Positions 28,868 to 40,738 of a stretch of 64,000 nt of DNA are shown here, in pieces. A program made the translations under genes and the position numbers. The DNA is from Eledone cirrhosa (lineage: Eukaryota): the NCBI GenBank assembly GCA_964016885.1, contig OZ024740.1, forward strand, positions 185,566,001 to 185,630,000. Direction: 5' to 3'. How positions within the stretch are numbered: the first letter of the stretch is position 1; the number at the start of each line of letters is the position of its first letter. Below the pieces are notes generated by a model, which ran no database searches, was not told the DNA's origin, and worked only from the letters and a program-made list of their open reading frames with translations.

Positions 28868-31404
28868 GAACATCAAACTTTAGTTAACTTTCAGTAACGT
28901 GTTATACATCTTTGATCTGTCGTCCCTCGCATAGCACACACACACACACACACACACACGATAATTATATAAAGCTGAGCGTCGTGTGTGTGTATGTGTG
29001 TATGTATGTATGTATGTATGTATCTTACACACCTCCCTATACTATTTAACCTAAAATACTTTTATATCCATCTCTTAGTGAAGCATTTTCAATTCATAAT
29101 ACGTAAACAATGACATTAATTTTTCGCTTGGGAACAAGTGCACCAAACACTACCCCAGAGCCTTCCCCAGTGAAACTTGGACTGGGGTTGAGGGCTACCC
29201 CATCTACAGGCGGCGTGCTCCCGAATTTGGCGGCCTTAAGTAGAAAGGGAAAGAATACGACATTGACAACAGCTGGGTGGTGCCTTATAGCCCTTTCCTT
29301 GCTAACATTTTTAATGCTCATATCAAAGTGGAGCCCTGCACATCTGTTAAAAGCATTACATACATCTGTAAATACATCAACAAAGGCGGCTGCGACATGG
29401 CGGTGGTTGGCATCAGTGATGGCGTAGAATAAAAAGACGAAATTCTTAAGTTCATGAGGGGAAGATACATTTCGTCCAATATGGCGGCCTGGCGCATTTT
29501 GGGGCTTAAAATACACCGGTGCTCTCCAGCAGTTGTTAACTTGGATTTTCATTAGGGAATGGTCAACGCATTTATTTCACTGAGGAAACCGCATCGGCTG
29601 CTGCCGAACAGCCACCTTAGTTCGACGCTAAACAGCATTTTTTAAGCTATGTCTGTCGATACGTTTGCAGTTACCCTTGTTTACGTCGATGTACCTACCT
29701 ACTTCACTTGGTCGAACAAAAAATGGCATCGGCGGCGACAAGGGGAATGAATTGAGGATTGGGTAGGTGTCTTCAGAGGTAATGCCATCGGACGCGTGTA
29801 TAATGTTCATCCGCAGCAACAAGAATGATTTTTCCTGCGAATGTTGCTGCATCAAATCAAAGGGCCCAAGTCATTCGCCGACCTAAGACGAATTAATGTC
29901 ATTTGTTCCAGTTACAGGGACGCATGAGTGAAGCGCGGGCTACTCGAGGATGATGCCCACTTGAACGTAGAATTCACGGAGGCTGCTGCATGTAAGATGC
30001 CTCGAGAAATGAGACGTCTGTTTTGCATAATGCTATTGTTCTGCGACGTAGGTGAACCCTTTAAGCTTGGGGAAATGCATAAGGATATGTCAGAGGACAT
30101 CCTGCGTAGACTTCGAGCAGAAGATCCAGCGGCTGGCTTTGCTTTCAACGACGCGGTGTAGAATGAGGCCCTCATCGACATGGACAACCATCTTAAAGCT
30201 CTTGGAGTTGGCGGTGTATCTGATATCGTTTGCCACAACCTCGAAACACTCACAGTGCTTTAGATGTGGAGTTCATGCGTGAGTTAAATTACAACATCGA
30301 CGATATAACACATCAGGTAGCTCAGGACGAACCCAGACTTTTGCATGACCAGAGACGGGCATATGACAGAATTCTCTCCACTGTCAATTCAAATGAGTGA
30401 CGGCTATTTCTTCTGGATACTGCTGGAGGAAGAGGAAACACTTTTCTCATCAAACTTTTGCTTGCGAAGCTACGAAAAGACAAGCGGATTGCTTTAGCGA
30501 TCGCCTCCAGTGATATTGCGGCGACACTGTTATATGGCGGTCGTACGGCACATTCCGCATTCAAATTGCCTTTGGACATTGCAACGAACGAGAATACTAC
30601 ATGTAGAATAGATCGTGGCGACCCTAAAGCAGATCTTCTTTCTGAGTGCTGCCTCATCATATGGGACGAGACTACCATGAGTCACGAGGCGGCCTTTGAG
30701 GCTCTGGATCGAACTCTCAAGGACTTGCGTCGGAACTCACGCGTCATGGGTGGAGCGACAGTACTGCTGGCTGGCGGTTTCCGACAGACTCTTCCTGTTA
30801 TCACTAGAGGCACTAGAGCTGACGAATTGAACGCATGCATCAAGTTTTCCTACCTATGGCAGTATGTCCACAAACTACATCTGACTACCAACATGAGAGT
30901 GCATGTGCATGGATATGCAGACTCCATCGATTTCTCAAAACATCTACGGGAAGCTGGTAATGGAACTACACCTGGAGTGGATGAAGAGCATATCCATTTG
31001 CCTTTTGGGAACTTTGTGTCAAACATTGACGAATTAATGTCATCTGTATTTCCAGGCCTTGAATCACGATTCCATGATCACACCTGGCTGAAAGGGAGAG
31101 CTATTTAAATCACAAGGTCAATCGCTGCAAATGGTTGGCCTAAATTTAACACAGCATGTATTTTCCCATGGTCAACTATACGTCGGATGCTCCCGCGTCG
31201 GAAGTCCACACAATCTCTTCATTTATTGTAACCCGGGCTACACTAAGAACGTTGTCTACAAAGTAGCCCTGCAATAACATCTATGAACCCTACTCTACCC
31301 AACGTCTCTCTGTCAAACCACTCTCTTCACGTCGCCCCTCAACTTATTAGCATAATAAAAAGTGGCCCCGAGTAGGCCCGAGTGCAATCACGCTCAGCTG
31401 CTAG
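28433..31404 (+). mobile_element. Helitron, internally deleted
   Basis: 5' A|TCTATTATATAAA at 28433; 3' subterminal hairpin gagtg-caatca-cgctc and CTAG|T at 31401-31405 (A-T target); Rep-helicase remnants inside. Confidence 0.88.
29165..31277 (+). pseudogene. Helitron Rep/PIF1-helicase pseudogene
   Basis: Rep part: GYPIYRRR, IDNSWVVPYSP, NAHIKVE..SVKSITYICKYINKG (catalytic Tyr motif). PIF1 part: degenerate Walker A DTAGGRGNTF, IIWDE, AGGFRQTLPV, then KSQGQSL, FSHGQLYVGCSRV, TKNVVY. Many stops and frameshifts; deletion near 31105. Confidence 0.93.
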
Positions 31405-31709
31405 TATATATATATATGTGTGTATGTGTGTGTTTATGTGTGTGTGTGTGTTTCTGTGTGTGTATATATGATATCGTTATATCATTATAAATACAGATTG
31501 TGTAATTGAGACTGCACCAGGGTGTATAAAATGTGTAGGCGTGTAAACATGACAGAAATTATAAATATCCCTATAAATTGAAAATATGATAAATATCATC
31601 AATCAACATTCGGATCTAATTGGACCCTTATCAGAAGATAACATCCAATCAACCACATGGAAACATGCACCTACCCATTGCCTGTTACTATCTATATATA
31701 TATATATAG

Positions 31710-31902
31710 TAATAATAATAAATTTGAAGACTAAAATCCAAAGAGGGCTCGATAATGAAAATTATATATCAACCGTAGAGCAAATATTTATTAAAATAAC
31801 AGATTAAAGTTTAAGCAAAGAATCGCTGCTTTCACCGTTAATGGGATCTTCTGAACATCCCGTCAAGGGTAAAAGCACCGATTCTTTGCTTAAACTTTAA
31901 TC

Positions 31903-31903
<1 letters not shown>
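31710..31903. repeat. (TA)n-nested element ending in a 103-nt hairpin
   Basis: agattaaagtttaagcaaagaatcg (31801-31825) pairs perfectly with 31879-31903; imperfect pairing continues to a short loop. Minus-strand AATAAA at ~31787. Confidence 0.75.
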
Positions 31904-31963
<60 letters not shown>

Positions 31964-32165
31964 TTTACGTATCGAGAAAGAGAGAAAAAGGAGGGATAAG
32001 TGATACATATAGTTATTTGCCAAGTACGGTGTATGCCAAAGGTGCTCGATACTAGTGCCGGCAGTATTAAATATTCGAAGTGTTAATATTTGGTGGGCTA
32101 GAGAGTTAGCAGAGCGTAAGCACGTGGGAAAGTAAAAAATCGGAGAATAGACCGTTAAAACATGT

Positions 32166-32225
32166 TTATTTAAAATATCACCTACGTACGTTTCGCCCAG
32201 TTGGGCTTCTCAAGGGCATAAATAA
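32166..32225 (-). ncRNA. Type I hammerhead ribozyme in PLE 3' UTR, U3-A8 variant
   Basis: Minus strand: ttatttatgccc-TTGAGAA-gccc-aact-gggc-GAAA-cgtacg-TA-ggtgatattttaaataaa. Palindromic stem III ACGUACGU; stem I has 2 proximal bp plus a distal ttattta/taaataa pairing. Confidence 0.8.
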
Positions 32226-32514
32226 TCACCAATGTTCCTTATATAGTTCGGAAAGAGTTTTGGGGGTTAAATCTACATCAAGATTCATTGCTCGCAAAAA
32301 TATCTTGTTTTGATTTTGCAGCAGGTCAAGGGAGGTAACTCTGGCCGTGGTTAGGGCAGTCTCTCCCGGATAATTTTTTTTTTTTTTTTTTTTTTGCCGC
32401 ATCCGTTTGTCTGAGGGTGGGTCTGGTATGCAAGGATTGTTTTCTGGGTGCTATTTTGCTGCGCCTGCTCGCCGGGGTGTTAAGACTTGTTGCAGGGTGA
32501 TCCAGTGTACTATT

Positions 32515-33945
32515 TCACTCTTCATTCTTAACCCATATAAAGAAGGATATTTTTAAGCGATGTGTACAACTTATCGCTGTTTCAGCTCTGCTGTTGATGA
32601 GCTCGTGGGGTGCAGTTATGATGTGGTAGAGCTCCATGAGGCAAAGATCGCATTTCCTCTTGAAGTTGTACGGTGCAGCCCTGCCGACAATCTCCCAGTG
32701 CGTGGAGAAGCTGATGTTTAAGTCCTTTAGTGATGTGATGTAGTCCGCGAGCGAAGTGGAGTGCTTTAGTTTTCTATTTGTGAAAGAGTGGAGATGTGTT
32801 CGAAACCTAATTTTGAACGGGCCGGAGGTGGCCCCTATATAATGTTTAACGCTATTGTGGCTAGTAATAGTGCATCTATATATAACCCTATCAGTCAAGC
32901 AGTATCCTCTAAGGGTGCAGCGTCCTCTGTCGCGGCAGTTGCAATTTCTGTCGCGGTTCCGTCTATTTCCCACGGTAAGGCTATCATTGTTGCTGCCTAC
33001 GTTGTTACCTACGCTACCGCAGCTGTCGTTAGCACAATTACAACCCACAGCACGCGGGATGGTGCGATTGTTATTCCGCACGTCATGTTCTGCATGTTCC
33101 CCAGTCACTTCGCGGTCATTCTGGTTGCGTCTGCGGATGCCGTTGCCAACACTATTGGATGCTGTCAGGGAGTTGTTAAGGCCGATATAGTTATTGTCAG
33201 GTGTAGGTGCGTCTGTGTCGAGGTGCTGTGTCTTGGTGATCTTACTGTGGTTCGTTGTTCCTATGATGTCTGCTAGGTTAGGAGTAGTAGAGAAGGATAT
33301 TTTTATATTGTTCCTATTAATAATTTTTCTATACCTATGGTTGGGTGGGAAGTTCTTCTCTAAGGCTTCGAAGAATGTCCGGGGTATGTTGGAGGCCACA
33401 CTTCGAGAGTAGAGGGGGTGGAACCATAGGACGTTACGGTGGCGATTACGTGTCCTTGTAATTTTGCTACGGGTGGTTCCATCTAAGTGACCGCTCTTAT
33501 GTGTGTTAATGCGCTGTCGCTCGTTCGGTTCCCCTTTCACTTTATGCTCGAGTGCACTCTTTCTACCTCTTCCATGTTTAAGTACACGAAGATGTTGGTT
33601 GAAAGGCGTTGGTAGTAGGCCGTCGCCTTAGGTTGGTTTTGTAATAGGGGAATAGTTTGAGTAATCCACAGTATTCACCGTCGCCGGGGACGTGATCTTT
33701 GGTGCGGTTATCTATTCTATTATATCCGACTTTAACGAAGTCGCCGTGTGATCGGTTATAGGTATCGCTTACTATAACGTTAGTTTTATGAGGGGGGTGG
33801 TTTCTAGAGCTAGCGTTAGGGATGTAGGAAATTCCTCGGTTAAAGCCGGCGCATATCAGGGCCCTATTGTAGTAATCAGCCGCTTGGTTGAAGATATCCT
33901 CATTGGCGGATAGCCTCGAGATTCTATGTGAGATACTATAGACTT
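32515..33945 (-). pseudogene. PLE RT C-terminus/thumb, linker and GIY-YIG endonuclease (one frameshift)
   Basis: SISHRISRLSANEDIFNQAADYYNRAL; RNVLWFHPLYS...KISFSTTPNL; CNCRDRGRC...VIY...YIGAT..PFKIRFRTH...CDLCLME...INSRAE..SCTH. Confidence 0.9.
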
Positions 33946-34255
33946 CACCGTACAACTTCAAGAGGAAATGCGATCTTTGCCTCATGGAGCTCTACCACAT
34001 CATAACTGCACCCCACGAGTTCATCAACAGCAGAGCTGAAACAGCGATAAGTTGTACACATCGCTTAAAATATCCTTCTTTAGATGGGTTAAAAATGAAG
34101 AGTGAAATAGTACACTGGATCCCCTGCAACAAGTCTTAACACCCCGGGGGGCAGGCGCAGCAAAATAACACCCAGAAAACAATCCTTGCATACCAGACCC
34201 AGCCTCAGACAAACGGATGCGGCGAAAAAAAAAAAAAAAAAATTATCCGGGTACA

Positions 34256-34318
34256 AAGTACCACTAATGTACTGGGTAATTGCTGGCCTTGTGCCAAAAG
34301 TAGAAACAATTATTATTA
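34256..34318 (+). mobile_element. SINE 3' fragment fused to the PLE inverted end
   Basis: aaagtaccactaatgtactgggtaattgctggccttgtgccaaaagtagaaacaattatta. Confidence 0.85.
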
Positions 34319-34859
34319 TATATATATATAAGTTAAAACAATGAAATAAAAAATCAACTCATTAGAGATATACTTCTTTGCTTTACAATCGTTTCTAGAT
34401 GATGATTATACATTGTAGCTATACTCAGTTATTGGTCTATGTAAGGTTAGTTACAAACTATCAGATAAAGAGAATATCACCAGCTGTTTTCAAAAACAAT
34501 AATAATTTTATTCAATAATAATTTTATTCAGAATTTGTAGTATGTTATTATCATGTCCTTATTTGGAGGTTGCTGAAGAACTAACGAATCAAATTGTTTT
34601 TTTTCATATGGTGTTAAGATGAAAAGAAATATACTTTAGTTGAGGTCATGACCCTTTGAAAGGAATGGTTGAAGGGTGTTAATAGTAGAATTGGCATACA
34701 AATCTATTAGGAGGAAAGGCATTGTCAGACTGATATTTGAATGTATCTGGTATAGTGAATTTAAAAGGAATGTCAAAATAAATGGTGATTAGTGTTGTAT
34801 TGAGTTTTAAGGTTATGGCTAGGAAAGATAGTATATTAAAAGATGAAAATTATAATAAG

Positions 34860-35240
34860 ATAATTGTTTCTACTTTAGGCACAAGGCCAGCAATTAACCA
34901 GTGCATTACTGGTACTTTATTTTATCGACCCCGTAAGGATGAAAAGCAAAGTCAACCTCGGCGGGATTTGAATTCAGATCGTAAAGGGACGTAACTATGC
35001 TGGAAAGCCTGGCGTCCGACCCTCTACCGATACTGCCAATCCACCGCCCTATAATAAGATAATTGTTTCTACTTTAGGCACAATGCCAGCAATTACCCAG
35101 TGCATTACTGGTACTTTATGTTATCGACCTCGTAAGGATGAAAGGCTAAGTCAACCTCGGCGGGATTTGAACTCAGATCGTAAAGGGACGTAACTACGCT
35201 GGAAAGCATGGCGTCCGACTCTCTACCGATACTGCCAATC
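34860..35240 (-). mobile_element. Head-to-tail SINE dimer (34860-35049, 35059-35240)
   Basis: Two near full-length reverse copies; the 14-mer tataataagataat occurs at 34851, 35050 and 35242. Confidence 0.92.
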
Positions 35241-35691
35241 TTATAATAAGATAATGATATATATCATGACTCTGTTTTCCTTTTAATGTTTTATTGTTTT
35301 CCGAGATTTATATTATCCTACAACATTTTCAACATATGGATTACATCGAGTTCTTCATGCAGAATAGACCCCACAACTTACAAAGACCTACGGTCAACTT
35401 AGTTAATCTATTCAACAATATAATGTTCAAACACATTAGTTATTTTTATTTAATTTAAATGGTTTCAACGAATGATGGGCATAAAATAATTCTCAGATGT
35501 TTATGTTGTATGTCATGTTGTAATCATGATACTTGTGAAAAGCGAATACAATTACATTTGATTAAGATACAATTCTAAATCCAATGTGATATCTCTTAAC
35601 AAAGCTATTTTTGAATATATTTAGCTATCACGACGTCATTGTCGTAGGCATTGTGAAACAATGATCTTAATATTGAACTACAAGCTTTTAG

Positions 35692-35781
35692 TTCATGGTT
35701 ATAATGCTGTACATGAGGTTACAATGTAACAGAATTCATGTACAGCATTATAACCATGAATTCTGTCACATTGTAACCTCA
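35692..35781. repeat. Interleaved inverted repeats A-B-A'-B'
   Basis: A 35692-35716 / A' 35736-35760 (25 bp, perfect); B 35714-35740 / B' 35755-35781 (27 bp, 1 mismatch). Confidence 0.88.
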
Positions 35782-36749
35782 GGTCAGAGTTGACTAGATG
35801 AAGCTATGATCAAATATATTTTAGCCATGACCAGCACATTGTGTAGTAAAGCAATTTGTCTAATGCCGATTAATAAGGATAAGGTACCTCTCACAGACCG
35901 GCTGGCCGCATATCTAAATCTCCGGTTAACTAGTGGTCTATAATAATTTCATATTTCAGTATGTTAACTGTGATAGAATGTTGTTTACATCAATTTCAGA
36001 TATTTCTCACAGCACCATAATTCCATAATTCCAGCTATTTGCAACTGAAGAGGTCATGTACATTTATTCTATGAACGAAATTGGCTGTCAATAATATCAT
36101 GCAAAACAAACTAAATATTTTAGTAGTTCCTCTTCTTTCAGAGGTATTTGGGAGGGTTTTAAACAAAACTGTTACCCATGAAGATATAATTAATCTTTAT
36201 TTATAGAAATAATTTGTAAATTCGATTACAAGGTACAGCTGGTAAAACAGCTGAATGCATGTTAGTATTGTAAAAATAGAACTAAGAATAACAAAATTGA
36301 TCCCTAGGGAGTTCCGAAAGGTGTGTGGTGGGAGAATGATAGATGAAAAGTGTGATGAATGAGAGAGAAGTGTGTTACAAAGAGAGTTGACTGACGTTAC
36401 AAATATTACAAGACGATACAAAACAGACGCCTCTTACGTCATCAACTCTCAATATGGCTTGCGATTAAGCACAATATGAGAAGACCGCAAATGTTATGCT
36501 AGCTCATGCAACAGCATCTAGTTAGACATTTCTACAGGTATGATGCGTGTATGATTTCAAAAACAAGCAGAACATATGAACAGACGGACGAATCATGTAG
36601 CGATAGAAAGTGTGCCTGGGCATTAACGGCTCGCTAGTTAAAGCAAATGCACAGACCTTGGGCTGAAGTGGAAGCATGCGGAAGCGAAAGTAGGAGCAGC
36701 AAGCGAGAGAAGGGATACGTTATGAGAGTGGAAGAGAGGAAGAATGGAG

Positions 36750-36849
<100 letters not shown>

Positions 36850-38990
36850 GCTGAGATAAAAAAGTAAAGAAAAAGGAATGTAGTCGACCCCATGCCCTGA
36901 TGACACTCCAAATTGATATGTCAAGAGTCAATATTTCCATTTAACAGGGAATTTGATGACACATTGTACCATGGACAATTTAGTACAGTGGGAAACCATA
37001 AATGCTATTGACCATCCCCTTATTATTTATATTGGTTTCTCACATAATAAATTAATCAGAATCTCAGGCGACTGCAGAAGTTTGTGAAAGGAATAAGTTT
37101 CTGAAATTTAAGAATCACGTCATTGAACTCGGCGTTAGTAGAAATCCTAGAACTATGAATCCATTCATGATATATAACCATTTTCGAGAAATGGAGATTA
37201 ATATGGTAAAGAAGATGTTGCTGGTGATGATGATGATATTCTTATTAACGACAACTACAACGATAACTAACAATAATAGTCGTGATGATAATTTGTATCA
37301 ATGCTATCTTTTATTATAAAATTTGTTACCAGCACAGATTCAAAGATTGATTGGTATATTTAGTTATCTGTTAGCGTGAATAGATTTGCGATTGCATTGA
37401 CATTTAACGGTTGTATTCATTTCTTGTTGCTTGAATACAATGGAACCGTGAACGAGAATAAATATCAATACATACACATAAGACACACAGCAAATTTACC
37501 GGTGCTCACATACAGATATACACAAACGCACACGAATGCACGCACACTCTTATACTTCATTAAAGTTTGCAAAGCCTAGAGAAATATACATTAATTTCGT
37601 CTTACTACATTCATATGCTCATGTTAGATTCTTTAACTAAGACATGTATGGTATCAAGCAATAAACTCTGAATTCACGAGACCGAAATAATAAGCGTTTA
37701 GAAAAAATTCAAGGAAGAGTGACGTTAGGCTAATGCAATGTAGGATCACTAAGATGTATACCGTAATAGTGGTAGTTGCAGTAGTTGCAACTTTACATGA
37801 AATTTTGAGTTCTAATCAATAGTGTTATAATGTACTACACTCATCTCTCTATTTATTTAGATATGAATACGTCAGTAAGATATATTCTAAGGTCTATGCA
37901 TTTCAAAATACATATTAACTAATAATTCAGTCTTGATGTCATGCAAAAACTGAAGCATTTCTGTGAATTAAAACACTATCATGAACACATATTTTTGAAG
38001 ATTTACTTTCGTATTACATTGTTTTAAGGTCAATTCCCTTTTCATTGGTAAGACCTTTCACTCTATTACGCTTATGTAGAAATAGAAAGCAGGATCAGTA
38101 ATATATAAGTTTTAATTGCATTGACTATAATATTTCCCTGAAATTGTGGGTTTGTGTATGGCGGCATTTGATAATACCATCTGTATTAATATAGTGGAAT
38201 AAGCTTGCAATTAAAAATGTAAAAATGTGCAATATACAACACATTCTGTTAATATATGAAGGGTCTGCTTGTATTCATGACATACATGAATAAACAATAC
38301 AAGGATAGGTATGATAAATATACATTATCTTGCAAATATTTGTCTAGTAAATTGTTCATTCAAAATTGCTCTTTAGTATTGTAATTATAATATAGGATTT
38401 ATCTCTGTAATAATTCATGCATTACGGTTGCTTCAAAGATTCAAATTATTTTAAAATCCCTAAATCAATGAATAAACATTATATTATTAACCACGTTCAC
38501 GCATGATATCATTGTATATAATGTAAATAGGTTAGAGAACGTTGAATAATGTGTAGATCCGCACACCGTAATGTAAAACTAACGAAATAAGGACTTTCAT
38601 AAAATGTAACAATTATTTTATATACAATGTTCTTATAATCGGAATTATACATACAAAAAGAAAATATATTTTGATTATAGAATATTAATACAAATGTCTA
38701 TTGATTTGGTGAGTTATTTGCTACAAATGTATTTTTAAAGGAACTACTTTGTTTAGAATTATTTTTGGGAGTAACTGGGTTCAATACATAATACACACCA
38801 TCGTGGATGCTCCTCCAAATTATCGGATGAGCATAAAAAAACTGGTATAAGCGTTTCAATGGGATGCATACACCCTGTTCACATATAAACTATATTTAGT
38901 ATTACTGTGATCGGATTCTTTCTTTGCCAGACTCTTGGTTTATGTAGTTATTATTCATATATGTGTTAGATGCCAAATGATAGTGCATTA

Positions 38991-39415
38991 TTGCCTCTCA
39001 TCCTTACGGGGTCGATAAAATAAAGTACCGGTAATGTACTGGGTAAATTGCTGACCTTGTGCCTAAAATAGAAACAATTATTAGGTGGTGGTGGATTGGC
39101 AGTATCGGTAGAGGGTCGGACGCCATGCTTTACGGCATAGAGTTACGGCTCTTGCCATTCTGACTTCAAATCCTGCCGAGGTTAACTTTGCCTTTCATCC
39201 TTACGGGGTCGATAAAATAAAGTACCAGTAATGTACTGGGATAATTGCTGGCTTTGTGCCAAAAGTAGAAACAATTATTAGAAACACACCAGATTGTAGC
39301 TTTGCCTTTCATCCTTACGTGGTCGATAGAATAAAGCACAAGTAAGTACTGGGGTCGATTTCATCGAAATTCCTCCTCTCCTCTTCAAATTACTGTCCTT
39401 GAACCATTATTAGAA
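38991..39415 (+). mobile_element. SINE cluster: 3' half (38991-39082), full subfamily B copy (39087-39280), diverged variant (39299-39415)
   Basis: Repeated ttgcct(c/t)tcatccttacg...gtcgata core three times; A and B boxes in the middle copy. Confidence 0.88.
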
Positions 39416-40509
39416 ACGTACCCATAAGGCTTTATTAAGTTCGGAAAATAATCTGTAAACCAAACCTTTCCGAACCATTGCAACTATATCGTAATTTTAG
39501 ATTCTTTCTTTCTACCACTACAATTCTTTCTCTGATAACAATCAAATATTATGTAATAATTCCTTATATGTTTTCTTCGCTTTACCATCTCTCAATAGCT
39601 GTCGATATATTAAATTAAAATATTTGCTACAAAAATACAAAATACTGGATTATGCTCTTTCCTAAGAATGCGTATTCAATATATTGGTATTAAGCTATAC
39701 ATGATTTTGCACTCAAATAAATCTATACCATCGCATTTAGCAATCAAATAAATATGACGCACAATCGTCCAAACTATTTTCACTTCCGAATCAGTTGTTT
39801 GACAAAAAATAAAGAAATTGGATTAAGCGTTCGAGTCAATGAATTATTCTCGGCTCATTAAACATATGCAACATCCAGTAAATAACTTCTACTATTGTCG
39901 GTGATATAATGCACCCATGTAATCTATTTACTACTCTGCAATACAAGGTTAATAAGTTTAAATGATCAGAATCTATACAAATTTTAGGAGAATGATTGCA
40001 AGGCTAATTGTTTAATCATTTGTTGAATATTTACACATTTCGAATGTGAGGTTAGCAATAGATTGAAAGCAAGTTATGGCTAATAATGGTATAAAAGATT
40101 TATAGTTTGAATTTAGTCCGAATACATAGGATGAATATCAGTTGCACAATGAATACAGTTCGTAAAGTATAACTCATTTTTTAGAGAGAAAGACAGAGAG
40201 AGAGAGTGAGGGGATGGAGAGAATTAATTGTACGTATCCAATCGATTCCGTTCGTTATGTAAAGGAAAGATGTATTTATAGGATACTATCAAAGAACAGT
40301 ACGAAAAGAGAGGGAGCTAAATTTCATTAATATAAACTTCCGCTATGTGAGATACAGAAGTCCAGTTGTCAATAATCCGTCCCAATGCAGATAATATAAG
40401 CTTCAGTGAGCCAGCGGAGAATGCTTTAACTAATCATTTGATGTGCTAGAAACAGCATCATATCTACCCTATATAACATCTTAAATAAAGAAGTGCGATA
40501 TTGGATTGT

Positions 40510-40536
40510 ATATACACACACACTCACACACACTCA

Positions 40537-40574
<38 letters not shown>

Positions 40575-40667
40575 CACACACTCTCTGTCTCTCTCTTTCA
40601 CACACACATTCTATCTCTCTCCCCTTTCTCTCTCTCACACAAACTTACACAGAGACACACAAATATG

Positions 40668-40735
<68 letters not shown>
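40510..40735. repeat. Compound (CA)/(CT)/(TA) microsatellite
   Basis: Direct reading. Confidence 0.9.

Positions 40736-40738
<3 letters not shown>

Larger units (their letters stand above)
31961..34251 (-). mobile_element. Penelope-like retroelement (probably Naiad-type), 5'-truncated with inverted pLTR
   Basis: RT thumb plus GIY-YIG ORF remnants; 3' UTR with hammerhead and AATAAA abutting (TA)n; 33946-34251 is an inverted copy of 32365-32675. Confidence 0.9.

Noticed and set aside
32788-33412. + strand ORFs of 162, 111 and 72 aa
   Set aside because: Antisense shadows of the PLE ORF.
32515-33540. Selenocysteine-type PLE (in-frame UGA plus SECIS)
   Set aside because: Conserved Cys positions are normal Cys codons in an open frame; no convincing SECIS seen.
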